From an uncultured virus (IMG/VR IMGVR_UViG_3300010347_003641) (Duplodnaviria; Heunggongvirae; Uroviricota; Caudoviricetes): a stretch of DNA of 64,000 bases. Position 1 is the stretch's first letter. Every line of letters begins with the position of its first letter. Below the pieces are notes generated by a model, which was given only the letters and a program-made list of their open reading frames with translations, was not told where the DNA came from and ran no database searches. The translations under genes and the position numbers were made by a program. The stretch lies in IMG/VR virus record IMGVR_UViG_3300010347_003641. One strand, written 5' to 3'. Positions 40,789-50,678 of this stretch are shown here, one piece after another.

Positions 40789-42453
40789 ATGCCAAGACTA
40801 AAAGATGGTACTAACGTATTCAAGATGAAAGCGAAAGACCAGTTCGACCACTGGTCGTCTGTAACATCGTTAACCATGCTGGTCGATACAACTCCTCCCG
40901 GCTCGAACGTCGCCGGAAGCGTAGGTAGCCACAATACGGCGAACTGGCAGACTCCGAAGGTATCACCCGATGGCTCCACATGGAAGGACGCAATAGCGAA
41001 GATAGGTTCGCTCCCAGCCGTTCCGACGATCTGGATAAAAGAGAAGAGAAATCCATCTGTTAGAATCCAGACAAAAGATTCAAACAATGAAGTCGGTGCC
41101 TCGGCGGCCGATTGCTCGGGGCTGTCTGCAGTATCAGGCGATTACGCGTACCAGATAAGCTCCGACGGAGGCAACACGTGGGGTTCGTGGCTCACTACCG
41201 GCATAACGACAGAAGCCACCGATGCGTTGAAGAACACGTTTGCAAACATCTCCGCAACAGCTCCGAACTTCTCCAACGATTCAACCAACACACACGACAA
41301 GTGCAGGATAAGGTTCAAGCAAAAGGACAAGGCCGGTAACGAAGGCACATCCGATGAATACGCCGTTTTCATCGACACAACCGCTCCTGTTTACAGTGGA
41401 ACGATAAGCTCGTCGTGGAGACTTACTCAGGCCGCCAGCACTTCAGCCGTTACCCTTCAGGACGTCACCAGCGGCATCGACATAACCGGCATTCCTCCGA
41501 AGTACCAGATATCGACAGACGGAGGGAACACTTTCGGCTCTGGAATAAACCTCACCAACACCGATGGAGCATCGCATGGAGATACGACCAGCAAGACGTT
41601 TACCGCTACCAACCCATTCAACGTCGGCTCGAAGAACGCGCAGAATTTAGGCGTTTGTCAGAACGAGATAAAATTCACGGCTCAGGACGTTGCCGGAAAC
41701 ACAGTCACTTACGGAGATTTCGTCGTCAACTGCGACTACTCTTCGCCTACGATAGGAACTCAAGCACCAACACAGAGTACGTGGCAGCTCACGAGAACTT
41801 TCGAATCCTACGTCCAGTTCAGCGACAACGATTCTGGAATCGACATGTCAACCGCTTACTTCTGTGTGTCTATAGACGGCGGTACCTCTTTCCACCCCGT
41901 GAAGGCAGACGGAACCGTCGATACTACGAAGACTGCGGCCGCTTCTCCTACGTCGAACTGGTCGAAGGCTTTTTGCGCCAACAGCGCTACCGGTGAAACC
42001 GCAGCCGCCGATTTAGCAGGCAACTGCGGGCCGAATACTGCGTACCTTTTCACCTCAAGTGATACAGGCGCTACCAAGGGTACGGTAAACTTCGGCGTTG
42101 ACACTACTTCCACTTCGGGAGTACAGATCAAATTCTCCGTGAAAGACAAGGCAGGGAACAGTTACACCACGAAAGTCGTTCAGGTCGGAATTGATACCAC
42201 GGCTCCTGTCATAAACTCACTCAACGCTTACGAAGATAGCGGCAAGGCTACACAAATAGCAAACGGCTCCATAACGAACGATCCAGATCCGTTCTACGAA
42301 TGGAACGTCAGCGATAACTCGCAAGTCGCCGGATATTCATTCGTGATAGTGGGTCCAGACGAGGTGGACTACACTCCGGACGACACAGTGGACAAGGCCA
42401 GCGGTCAGACAACGTTCAACGTCGCGACGGAAACGGAGCCTACCAATTCATGA
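40789..42453 (+). CDS. Ig-like repeat virion protein B (begins and ends with half Ig repeats)
   Basis: Repeats bounded by DTTPP, DTTAP, DYSSP and DTTAP, with KDKAGN/QDVAGN and SxDGGxT loops. Confidence 0.75.
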   Translation: MPRLKDGTNVFKMKAKDQFDHWSSVTSLTMLVDTTPPGSNVAGSVGSHNTANWQTPKVSPDGSTWKDAIAKIGSLPAVPTIWIKEKRNPSVRIQTKDSNNEVGASAADCSGLSAVSGDYAYQISSDGGNTWGSWLTTGITTEATDALKNTFANISATAPNFSNDSTNTHDKCRIRFKQKDKAGNEGTSDEYAVFIDTTAPVYSGTISSSWRLTQAASTSAVTLQDVTSGIDITGIPPKYQISTDGGNTFGSGINLTNTDGASHGDTTSKTFTATNPFNVGSKNAQNLGVCQNEIKFTAQDVAGNTVTYGDFVVNCDYSSPTIGTQAPTQSTWQLTRTFESYVQFSDNDSGIDMSTAYFCVSIDGGTSFHPVKADGTVDTTKTAAASPTSNWSKAFCANSATGETAAADLAGNCGPNTAYLFTSSDTGATKGTVNFGVDTTSTSGVQIKFSVKDKAGNSYTTKVVQVGIDTTAPVINSLNAYEDSGKATQIANGSITNDPDPFYEWNVSDNSQVAGYSFVIVGPDEVDYTPDDTVDKASGQTTFNVATETEPTNS

Positions 42454-42737
42454 TAGAAGTAACACGCATCACAAGCTCTGATTTCGGTACTTCTTACGTT
42501 ACCGATAGATACAATTGTTCCGGTTATATCGAAGGTGGCACTGTCCTTGTCCTTGACAGGGACAATGCCGCTATTCGATTGAAAGACGACGTAGTCCTCG
42601 TCGTTGACCACAAATGCGCCCATTCTATAGGAGATAGACGGTGCGAATGCGACATTCTGCTAGACAGGAGAGGCGATATTGCAAACCATTTGGAGAAAAG
42701 TATTTCAGCCTTCGTTTCTGAATTTCGACGGCGTTGA
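42450..42737 (+). CDS. Small hypothetical protein
   Basis: ATGA-coupled to the upstream gene; overlaps the next gene by 59 nt. Confidence 0.45.
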   Translation: MIEVTRITSSDFGTSYVTDRYNCSGYIEGGTVLVLDRDNAAIRLKDDVVLVVDHKCAHSIGDRRCECDILLDRRGDIANHLEKSISAFVSEFRRR

Positions 42738-44046
42738 CGATTTCGCTACGATAAACATAGACAGCCTTCCCGAGAGATGGACGATAGAATTCCTCGGGCG
42801 TTTCGACGTTCTCAACGGAATGTTTTTCAGGAAGGGGAACGTTATCTCGCTGTCGGTGATAGAAGATCCTGTCATCCAGGTCGGATACATCGTAGGACGC
42901 GTCCAATATGCAGATCCTACGGAGATGAACCATTACGCGATAACTTACGAGGACGAAGTAGTGTCGCTGTTTGTAAACGCAGAAAAGCGTTTCGAAAGCG
43001 TGTGTTCTTTCTCGCAGGAAGAGGTCGCGGCGCTCGAAGGGCCGGACACGTTCTTCTTCTTCGACGACATGCTGTTCAAATATCCTGGTGCCATGGGTTT
43101 TTTCAGGGTGTGGAACACCGTTCTGAACGAGGAGATCCTCTCCGATTACATGCACATGAACATAACCGAACACGAGAACCTCATGATTTCCGTCAGCGCC
43201 TTGCGGGACGGCGAATTCAAAAACCATTTTTCCGACACGTTCAACATGAACGGGTGCTGGATAGAACAAGTCGATTACGAGCTGAGAACCAAGCACTTAG
43301 TGCCTGACTTCATCGTGTTGAATGACCTGTCGCAGCTCAACGACTACCTCATATTCGATTGGCAATATCCCGAAGGTACTCCAAAGAAGTTCAAGGAGGG
43401 CTACAACAGTTTCAAGATAAAGGCCAGAGACTTCGCCGGAAACTGGTCGGAAACAGCAGTACACACAATGCTCGTCGATACGGTCCCGGCGTTATCCAGC
43501 CTCGTCGGATTCACTCCGGAGGGCGAACTCATAACGTTCTCGTTGCAAAGCGAGGAATCTACGTTAGAGAACGAACGCTCTACCTCGAACGACGTCTCCG
43601 GCTTGAGTCGAGTAGATTTCTTCACGAAATACTTCGGGCAGCCTGAGACTCTCGCTAACTCTCTCGATATCGAAGGCCTGGAATCGCTGAGCGAATTCAC
43701 TACCGTGTGCAAGGACCTAGAAGAGATACGCTTCGTCACTTTCGACATCGCTGGAAATATTAGTACCGTGAAGTACACTGTTTCATATTACGGCGACTCT
43801 ATACCTGTGATAGAGATAGTTTACAGGTCGTATGAAGAGGGGATACAGGTCCAGCTTTCCTACGACATGGTTTTGAACAACGTGGACACGATAGTAGTAC
43901 ACATCGACGACTGCGAGGAACCTACGCTTGAAGTGTCAGACGTGATTGAAGAGAATTTAAGTGTGGAAGACAGAGTTGAAATAATAGGAGAAGTCGCAGA
44001 TTCCTTCGAAATGGAGTTGCGGATTTTCTTGAAGAAGGAGAGTTAG
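42679..44046 (+). CDS. LamG/ConA-like domain plus Ig-like virion protein D
   Basis: TTG start after AGGAG. LNFDGVDDF...NHYAITYE...LFVN...FRVWNTVL (LamG-like), then KIKARDFAGNWS...VDTVP and DVSGL...DIAGN. Confidence 0.7.
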   Translation: MQTIWRKVFQPSFLNFDGVDDFATINIDSLPERWTIEFLGRFDVLNGMFFRKGNVISLSVIEDPVIQVGYIVGRVQYADPTEMNHYAITYEDEVVSLFVNAEKRFESVCSFSQEEVAALEGPDTFFFFDDMLFKYPGAMGFFRVWNTVLNEEILSDYMHMNITEHENLMISVSALRDGEFKNHFSDTFNMNGCWIEQVDYELRTKHLVPDFIVLNDLSQLNDYLIFDWQYPEGTPKKFKEGYNSFKIKARDFAGNWSETAVHTMLVDTVPALSSLVGFTPEGELITFSLQSEESTLENERSTSNDVSGLSRVDFFTKYFGQPETLANSLDIEGLESLSEFTTVCKDLEEIRFVTFDIAGNISTVKYTVSYYGDSIPVIEIVYRSYEEGIQVQLSYDMVLNNVDTIVVHIDDCEEPTLEVSDVIEENLSVEDRVEIIGEVADSFEMELRIFLKKES

Positions 44047-44048
44047 AT

Positions 44049-44345
44049 ATGTTCACACAGGACACACCGCCGTTCCGTTTTCTGTGCAAGGGCAAGCACG
44101 GTCCGATGGACCTGACTGGCGCAACGGTTACGCTACATGTCACTACGCCGGACAGATCGAAGTATTCGAAGCTCTGCGTTATCGAGCCGGAAAATCCCGG
44201 ATACGTGCATACGAGAATGTACATAGGCGATATCGAAAAACCTGGCACTTACGTCGGGCAACTGGAGATAACCTTCCCCGACGACAGGCACTTCTCGTCA
44301 GACGTCTTCGTGTTCACAGTGAAGGAGCGGATCTATGACAGTTAA
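44049..44345 (+). CDS. BppU N-terminal-like adaptor domain protein
   Basis: DTPP...PMDLTGATVTL...G.V...DIEKPGTYVGQLEITFPD pattern. Confidence 0.7.
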   Translation: MFTQDTPPFRFLCKGKHGPMDLTGATVTLHVTTPDRSKYSKLCVIEPENPGYVHTRMYIGDIEKPGTYVGQLEITFPDDRHFSSDVFVFTVKERIYDS

Positions 44346-44739
44346 GGCTTACCACGATAACGCGTTGACGCTCCCAATAAACGGAGACAATCCAGTTGTC
44401 ATCTATATAGACAGGTCAATAACCGACCTCGTTAGATATCCGGTGTACTTCAAGAACCTTTCGAGCAGTTATGTCGCCACCATAACCTCTGTCGCGATAT
44501 CCGTTCCGACGTTCACGTTCAACATATCCAACGACAATTTCAGAACCGGCGAGAGTTTCACAGTCGATTCGGCGCCGCTGTGCAACTTCGAGCACGGGCA
44601 GTTCACTCTCTATCCCCAGGATAAATATATGAACTACCTTCTCGTCAGGGTGCCTCAACCGCCAGTAGGCTTCTGGATAGCACCTACGCGGTTCTCTTTC
44701 ACCTTGAACTACCAATACAGTATATGGACCACTTTCTAA
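44335..44739 (+). CDS. Beta-rich hypothetical structural protein
   Basis: AAGGAG RBS; overlapping start; N-terminus AYHDNALTLPI resembles the AYEDSGKATQI segment of protein B. Confidence 0.5.
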   Translation: MTVKAYHDNALTLPINGDNPVVIYIDRSITDLVRYPVYFKNLSSSYVATITSVAISVPTFTFNISNDNFRTGESFTVDSAPLCNFEHGQFTLYPQDKYMNYLLVRVPQPPVGFWIAPTRFSFTLNYQYSIWTTF

Positions 44740-44749
44740 GGAGTGTAAT

Positions 44750-44941
44750 ATGGCGAAGAAAGCGAAAGTTATTCAGTACACGATGACGGAGACGGTCAAG
44801 GCGACCGGTCTGTCCTCCGACGAAATATGGGAATACATAAACGAAGGCCTCGTGCAACCGTTTTACGACGAAAAGAAAGGCTATATGTATTTCAACGAAG
44901 CGCAAATAGAGATCATGAAAAGGTTCGCTGGTGTTAAATGA
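44750..44941 (+). CDS. MerR/Xis-type winged HTH DNA-binding protein
   Basis: YTMTETVKATGLSSDEIWEYINEGLVQP...GYMYFNEAQI; AAGGAG RBS. Confidence 0.75.
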   Translation: MAKKAKVIQYTMTETVKATGLSSDEIWEYINEGLVQPFYDEKKGYMYFNEAQIEIMKRFAGVK

Positions 44942-45219
44942 GGTCAACAAGGGAGCCGATAAATCTCGAAGAAGTGGTCTCGCGCGTGTCTGCACGCACG
45001 GGTCTGTCTGAAGCGATCACCGCCGAAGTGATAGGCGAATTCGTTGGAGTAATCGCCGACAGTGCAATTGAATTCAGACCTATAAAGGCCAGGGGGCTTT
45101 TCGCCACAAACCCTTCGATTTACAAATCTCACTTCGGACCTGTATTAAAGGTCAACTTTGCACTCGGTAGCAACTTCAAGGACAAGATAAAGCAATTAAG
45201 CCCGATTCTAAGGAGATAA
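44938..45219 (+). CDS. HU/IHF-like DNA-binding protein with shortened beta-arm
   Basis: INLEEVVSRVSARTGLSEAITAEVIGEFVGVIADS...IKARGLF...VNFALGSNFKDKI. Confidence 0.7.
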   Translation: MRSTREPINLEEVVSRVSARTGLSEAITAEVIGEFVGVIADSAIEFRPIKARGLFATNPSIYKSHFGPVLKVNFALGSNFKDKIKQLSPILRR

Positions 45220-45221
45220 AC

Positions 45222-46286
45222 ATGATACATACCACCAAACTGTCGATAGCGAAGAAACTCGGCATCTCTTTCGGAGTACCCGAAGAGATGGCCGTTCTAA
45301 ACAAGTATTATCCCGACGGAAGGGCTTTATCTTCGCACGGCTTCGTCGAGTTCGTCAACAAGGCCTACGTATCCGCCAGTGCCGCCGAGTCAGAGTTCGC
45401 CGTTATCGAAAAGTTAGCCGGCTCTCTCGTGTACGACGCGAAGGAACTGGCGAACGCTCAAATAGTCGGAGCTATTCAGACAGGTGCAATACCTCTCGCG
45501 AGAAACGGGTATTCCGATTTCCGTGTGGTGTTTCCAGACAAGGACGGAATACTCTCCGACGTAAAACGCTGCGGCAAGTACCTGTTCAACTGCAAAGTAA
45601 TGACGCTGGCCCCAATCGCCGGAACGGAGATAGGCTTTTCGAGAAGCGGGAAACTCCCGACTATAGAGACGAACGCCGTTGGCGCCAAGTTCCTTTCTTT
45701 CGTTCACGACGGACTTATGCTAGGCCGCCTGACACTTTCGTTTTCTTTCATGGCCGCACAAGTTATAAACACGATTGCGCTGGAGACAATATTCCCTGTT
45801 AAGAACAACGTCAGAGCGATCCGGTTTTACCTCAACGGTAGCGAAGTCGCGTCCGTCTTTAACGGCATATTCAAAGACGGGAATTACCACTACGAAAAGA
45901 TAACATCGTTGCCGGGCATAGTGTATTACAGTGGCGAATCCGTAACCGCCGACCGGCTCGAAATAGAATTGGATATCGGAACTTTTGCCAACAACTACCA
46001 TTCGAGCGGCGCAGAGACCATTTATACCGCGCTGTCCGGTCTCGAACACGAGAATACACCATGCAATTCGAGCATGATTCTAGGTGATATCATGATCGGC
46101 AACGCAGTTAAATCGCCGCAATCGAGCGTGAAAATCTACGAAGACCCATCTGGCAGGTTAGCGGTCTCCTCGGGCCTGAAATTCTCGCCGGATACAGACG
46201 GAATATTGTTCGTTTTGACCCCGTATTCGTCGGTTACGCAGAAGCCTGAAATTGTTATAGGGCCGTTCATTATCGGGAAAAGGTGA
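45222..46286 (+). CDS. Hypothetical virion protein
   Basis: 354 aa, AAGGAG RBS, beta-rich C-terminal half. Confidence 0.55.
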   Translation: MIHTTKLSIAKKLGISFGVPEEMAVLNKYYPDGRALSSHGFVEFVNKAYVSASAAESEFAVIEKLAGSLVYDAKELANAQIVGAIQTGAIPLARNGYSDFRVVFPDKDGILSDVKRCGKYLFNCKVMTLAPIAGTEIGFSRSGKLPTIETNAVGAKFLSFVHDGLMLGRLTLSFSFMAAQVINTIALETIFPVKNNVRAIRFYLNGSEVASVFNGIFKDGNYHYEKITSLPGIVYYSGESVTADRLEIELDIGTFANNYHSSGAETIYTALSGLEHENTPCNSSMILGDIMIGNAVKSPQSSVKIYEDPSGRLAVSSGLKFSPDTDGILFVLTPYSSVTQKPEIVIGPFIIGKR

Positions 46287-47314
46287 TCGAGATGGAAAGA
46301 ATATCCGAATCAGTAAAGACCATTCCTAATGTTTCCGTCGATACTTTCAACGAATTGACTCATTCGGCAAAAGCGAAACGTGAGTACCTGAAAAACAGGT
46401 ACGACAGAGGGTTTGCAAGAAAAATCGAAATTTCCGATTCCCAGCAGATCTTCGAAGGGAAGCACATAGAGTTCTTCGACGGGGTACACGACGACATGAA
46501 AACCATCGAAGAAGACAGCGAACGCATATACGAAAGCATGAGCGGCGCCGCATCTCTGCTCGACAGTTCCGAGTTTTCGAGGCGGATAACCAACCTTACG
46601 GCCGTGGAAAACGTGTTGCGCGAGGAAGTGAACATACGCGAACTCGTGCGTTCTAGCGAGCTTTACATGCTGTTCTACTCCTTCTCGTACCTTCCAGTTC
46701 CGTCGGCCATGTATTTGTCGAATACCTCTGTCGTCCCCGGCGCAAACAAGCTGTGCCTATCCTCGCTATCTCAAATCAAAACCGCGATCCCGTTTTCCCG
46801 CTCCACGAAGAAGACCGAGGCTTACTGCAACAACATAGAATCGAACGAACTGATGATACTTGCCGACGGCGTTGGAAGGATAACCTCCGTAAAGGCCATA
46901 TACAGCAAAGAAGTCGAATTGCTGTCCAAGACGATCGAGAGAAACTATTCCGGTACGTCCAGACTCATATACAAACCGATCACAGCAAAGAAATTCGTGA
47001 TAGAACACGACGAAAGCGTGAATATCCGCAGCATAACCTCCGTATGGAATTCATACGCAGGAACCGGCAGCGTGCTTATAAAAGTGCCGTCGTTCCCGAA
47101 CGCGTCGAAGATAAGGGCCGTCGTGGGTGGAATCACCAACGGCGGCGACGTAACTGTCGAGATATCCGGCTCCTTCAGCGTTTTCGAAGATCTAGCGGGC
47201 GACGTCGTGGATATAGAAGGCGGTTACACAAATGGTTCGTCCGTTCGTTGCTATCTGTCGAGCGGAATGTCAGGCACTCCGGTGCTGAAATACGTAATGG
47301 TAGCTCTTTATTAG
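46283..47314 (+). CDS. Hypothetical virion protein (helical N-terminus, beta C-terminus)
   Basis: GTGA overlap with the upstream gene, or ATG at 46292. Confidence 0.55.
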   Translation: MIEMERISESVKTIPNVSVDTFNELTHSAKAKREYLKNRYDRGFARKIEISDSQQIFEGKHIEFFDGVHDDMKTIEEDSERIYESMSGAASLLDSSEFSRRITNLTAVENVLREEVNIRELVRSSELYMLFYSFSYLPVPSAMYLSNTSVVPGANKLCLSSLSQIKTAIPFSRSTKKTEAYCNNIESNELMILADGVGRITSVKAIYSKEVELLSKTIERNYSGTSRLIYKPITAKKFVIEHDESVNIRSITSVWNSYAGTGSVLIKVPSFPNASKIRAVVGGITNGGDVTVEISGSFSVFEDLAGDVVDIEGGYTNGSSVRCYLSSGMSGTPVLKYVMVALY

Positions 47315-47324
47315 AGGTGAAACC

Positions 47325-49505
47325 ATGAAGTTCTCGCCAATACAATCGCCACTCAAAAACAGCATCGAAGGCAAGCCGTTCGCCTTCGGCTCGAAGATAG
47401 ATCTCGCCGCAGTCAACCGCCTGTTTGGCAACATGTACGAAACCACGTCCGAACTGGTCGGAAAGAGGAGAGAGTTCATAAAACAGATCTTTTCGATGAT
47501 AGAACCGTACGAAAATATAACCACGAAGTCTATGATAGACATAGCCAGAATCATAACCAGCTCGTATGAAAGGTACGGTTCAGAACAACTCCGCCTTGTC
47601 TCTAATCCAGAGATCAATTGCTCATTAATTTCAGAAACTCTCACGGCGCACAACGGCGCGATAATAAGCGGCTTTGAACTCGAAGAAAAACCGAAATTCT
47701 CAATAAACCCGGAAATTGAAAATGGCACTGTAACGCAGTCAAGCTATATAGATATACATTTCGAAAGTAAAGGTGCCAATCGCTTCGTCATGATAGAGAC
47801 GGACGACGGCGATTATTCGGTGGCGGTAAACCTCTTCGACGAAAACGGTATTTCCCTCGAATCTCACTCCGTCGTCTTCTCGAACATCTTCCTCTTCAAT
47901 CCTAGAAGTGATTGCGCAAGAATGACCATCAGTTCTGTGCTTGCGATCAACATATCCAGGGTCCATGTTTTCAACGGCCGGCCGATTCCCTCGTCCGGGC
48001 ATCTCACTTCTGCAATAGGCAATTTCGACGATTCGACTCAGATAGTTTCGGCCATAAAGGTAATAGGCAAGTGGGAAATGAAAGTGAATTACGGCTCTCA
48101 GCACGCCAGTCATACGATTACCAACGAAGAGAAAGAGATCCCCGTCGTTACCAGAGACATAGTGATAGCCGAACGAAGCGTTTCCGTCGGAACGCAGGTG
48201 GTGGCCGGAGGTCTCGAAGGCCCCGTCTCCAACGGAATTTCATCGACGATAAACAGCAACAGCGCAAGACTTTTGGCTTACAAGTACGACAACGGTCTTT
48301 CCAACGTTGGAATCGCAAGAAACGAAAGGGCTTTCCGGACTTACCTCGTGGCGCAAAATCCGTCCGACGCACCAGAAGGCGTATCGGTATATACTCCGAC
48401 CGGAATGGCTTCCAATGGCATCGTGCGCGGCCTAAACATTGTGGAGTTTTCCAAGATAGAGCTGGCCGACACTTTGAAAAACATAGGCTCATTGTACTCT
48501 GAAAACGTAGAAGGGTTCACTATCGACGGCTCTTCTGCGATCTTCACGTTATCGCCGGACACAAACGACGTTAAACTATCAGATGTGTCGAAAGTAACAC
48601 CGTCAAGCAAGTTCTACGTAGTGCCTTCTTGCTCAATAACCACAAACGACGGAGTCAATGCGTACTCGCCAATGTCCTGCATAGAAGTTATTTCTACGAC
48701 CAACATAACTGCGAGCGGCGGAGTCGTAATCGCCGATCTTGGCAGCCCGTCGGAAGAACTTGACGAACTGATCTCGATAGGCCGTGCGATTGCCGTGGTC
48801 ATAGCCGACTGCGACGGGACCGACGAGATAGCCCTCTCGAAAGTGTGGAAAGACACAACAATGAAAATAGGGTTCGAGTCGAGCGATACTGTAGATGGCT
48901 GCGACGTGTACATCTTCGCTTCATCTTCGGATATGAGCATACCGACCGTAAGGAAGAGATTGAACATAACCTGCAGCGAAGAATTCCAGATGTTGCGCCT
49001 CGCTTCTTTGGGAGAACTCTCGAACGCCATGTTCGAGGTACGCGATCGGGATGGAAATGTTATAGGGAGCGGCAACTGCGCCGGCAACGTTATGCTCACC
49101 AAGAAAGTGAAAGAGGCATCTGTCGAAATATTGCCGTCGGATATGCAGTTGTCCTCTCTGGCGGTGTTCCCGCTTGTGCCGGAACTGTATATAAGCGACG
49201 TGATCTACCTCCCGACAGGCACTAAGATCGCAGACATAGATTTCGACGGAGACATTGACGTGACCGACAGGTTTGGGAATGTCATAGGCCACACTTTCCC
49301 GATGGACGTTCCGCCTTATGGGGTCCGCCTTCTCCTCTCGGAAGATTCGGAAGCGACGATAGAATTATCCGCGATTTCCAATACTACAATAGCGCTGTGC
49401 TACACAGGGCAGAACAATTTCGACGTCTCTTATTCGTTAGAATGCCAATCCAATCACGGCGTCGTATGCCGAAAAACCGATAAGGTTATAAGGAGTGGTT
49501 TGTAA
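47325..49505 (+). CDS. Hypothetical virion protein
   Basis: 726 aa, GAGGTG RBS. Confidence 0.55.
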   Translation: MKFSPIQSPLKNSIEGKPFAFGSKIDLAAVNRLFGNMYETTSELVGKRREFIKQIFSMIEPYENITTKSMIDIARIITSSYERYGSEQLRLVSNPEINCSLISETLTAHNGAIISGFELEEKPKFSINPEIENGTVTQSSYIDIHFESKGANRFVMIETDDGDYSVAVNLFDENGISLESHSVVFSNIFLFNPRSDCARMTISSVLAINISRVHVFNGRPIPSSGHLTSAIGNFDDSTQIVSAIKVIGKWEMKVNYGSQHASHTITNEEKEIPVVTRDIVIAERSVSVGTQVVAGGLEGPVSNGISSTINSNSARLLAYKYDNGLSNVGIARNERAFRTYLVAQNPSDAPEGVSVYTPTGMASNGIVRGLNIVEFSKIELADTLKNIGSLYSENVEGFTIDGSSAIFTLSPDTNDVKLSDVSKVTPSSKFYVVPSCSITTNDGVNAYSPMSCIEVISTTNITASGGVVIADLGSPSEELDELISIGRAIAVVIADCDGTDEIALSKVWKDTTMKIGFESSDTVDGCDVYIFASSSDMSIPTVRKRLNITCSEEFQMLRLASLGELSNAMFEVRDRDGNVIGSGNCAGNVMLTKKVKEASVEILPSDMQLSSLAVFPLVPELYISDVIYLPTGTKIADIDFDGDIDVTDRFGNVIGHTFPMDVPPYGVRLLLSEDSEATIELSAISNTTIALCYTGQNNFDVSYSLECQSNHGVVCRKTDKVIRSGL

Positions 49506-50080
49506 TGCTTGAACTTAATTCAAAACAGGTTCATTTCCCATATAAAGCGGCGATCAGCTCGGCCGACTTGCAGGAAGCGTTCAACGCGATAGTGTCCGAC
49601 ATAGGCATTCTCGCAGGCCTGTTCGCCGGTATCCAGGAACTCGCCGGCCACGGTTTCGTCGCTGGTTGCATATGCTCCTACAACGACATAACCGAGATAA
49701 TATCCATAACTCCGGGAACGATAGCGGTAAAGGAAAAGATATATGGGACACCAGATTCGAACTTGACTTACCAGATAAGCGCCGGATCGAAAGTGATCTT
49801 CGACTCGACTTCGAAAACATTCGATGTTATAGGTTCTTCGCAGCAGCCGTCGGATACTCAGGTAATCGTAGCACAGTGGGACGGCAACGATTTCGACTAC
49901 AACGTGCGAAGAAAGATAGAACATAAACTGCAAGCCAATCTGTACGGCGATTTCAGCGCGTTGAGGGCATCTACGCAAGCGAACCTTCCACCAGTCGAAA
50001 GGGACGGAAGAGTTGCGTATATCGTGGACACGCACAAGTTCGCGAGATTCAACGCTGTAACAAACACTTGGGAGAGCTGA
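49505..50080 (+). CDS. Hypothetical virion protein
   Basis: TAATG coupling, AAGGAG RBS, 191 aa. Confidence 0.55.
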   Translation: MLELNSKQVHFPYKAAISSADLQEAFNAIVSDIGILAGLFAGIQELAGHGFVAGCICSYNDITEIISITPGTIAVKEKIYGTPDSNLTYQISAGSKVIFDSTSKTFDVIGSSQQPSDTQVIVAQWDGNDFDYNVRRKIEHKLQANLYGDFSALRASTQANLPPVERDGRVAYIVDTHKFARFNAVTNTWES

Positions 50081-50081
50081 T

Positions 50082-50261
50082 ATGACTATAGAAGAAAGAT
50101 TGACACTCCTCGAACAACAGTTGCTAAATCTTCAGCAACAGGTATCCGTTACCGCTTCGCACGCCGAGCTGGTCAAGATCGTATCGACTCTCGGCGCGCA
50201 GATCGCAGAGATAAAGAAAGACGTGGAAACGTTGAAGAACGTTATACTCGGGAGAACATGA
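50082..50261 (+). CDS. 59-aa coiled-coil protein (below the ORF-track cutoff)
   Basis: My translation: MTIEERLTLLEQQLLNLQQQVSV...IAEIKKDVETLKNVILGRT*. GGAG RBS; fills the gap between neighbours. Confidence 0.65.
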   Translation: MTIEERLTLLEQQLLNLQQQVSVTASHAELVKIVSTLGAQIAEIKKDVETLKNVILGRT

Positions 50262-50262
50262 G

Positions 50263-50631
50263 ATGGTTGGCTTTTCCGAAGTAAGACAGACCTTCGTATC
50301 CGACGCAGGAGCCATCTTCTCGTTCAAGGTCGAGAACACAAACAACTACAATTCAAACACCGTCGTTACTGTGAAGCAAATAGATCCGAAGAGGGCCTGC
50401 TCTGTAACTTTCATAACCTCGCACGCAACCACTCCGTTCGTTCCGTCGAAATCTCTGGACCAGGCCAGCGATGAAGAGTTGACACAGTACGCCTCTCTCA
50501 TGTCGAACATTCAGAAGACCTGTTTTTTATCGGTACCCGCGAATACGACAATAATCGTGTCGGTTGTAATCGAATCGAACGACGGCATTAAGGCTCCAGT
50601 GAAAGTGAACGTATCAATAAGAGAAATATGA
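50263..50631 (+). CDS. Small beta-sandwich hypothetical protein
   Basis: 122 aa, GGAG RBS. Confidence 0.55.
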   Translation: MVGFSEVRQTFVSDAGAIFSFKVENTNNYNSNTVVTVKQIDPKRACSVTFITSHATTPFVPSKSLDQASDEELTQYASLMSNIQKTCFLSVPANTTIIVSVVIESNDGIKAPVKVNVSIREI

Positions 50632-50678
50632 ACTCATCTGCCGGTACCAACAAACCCACAAAGGAGGTGTGATGCCTA

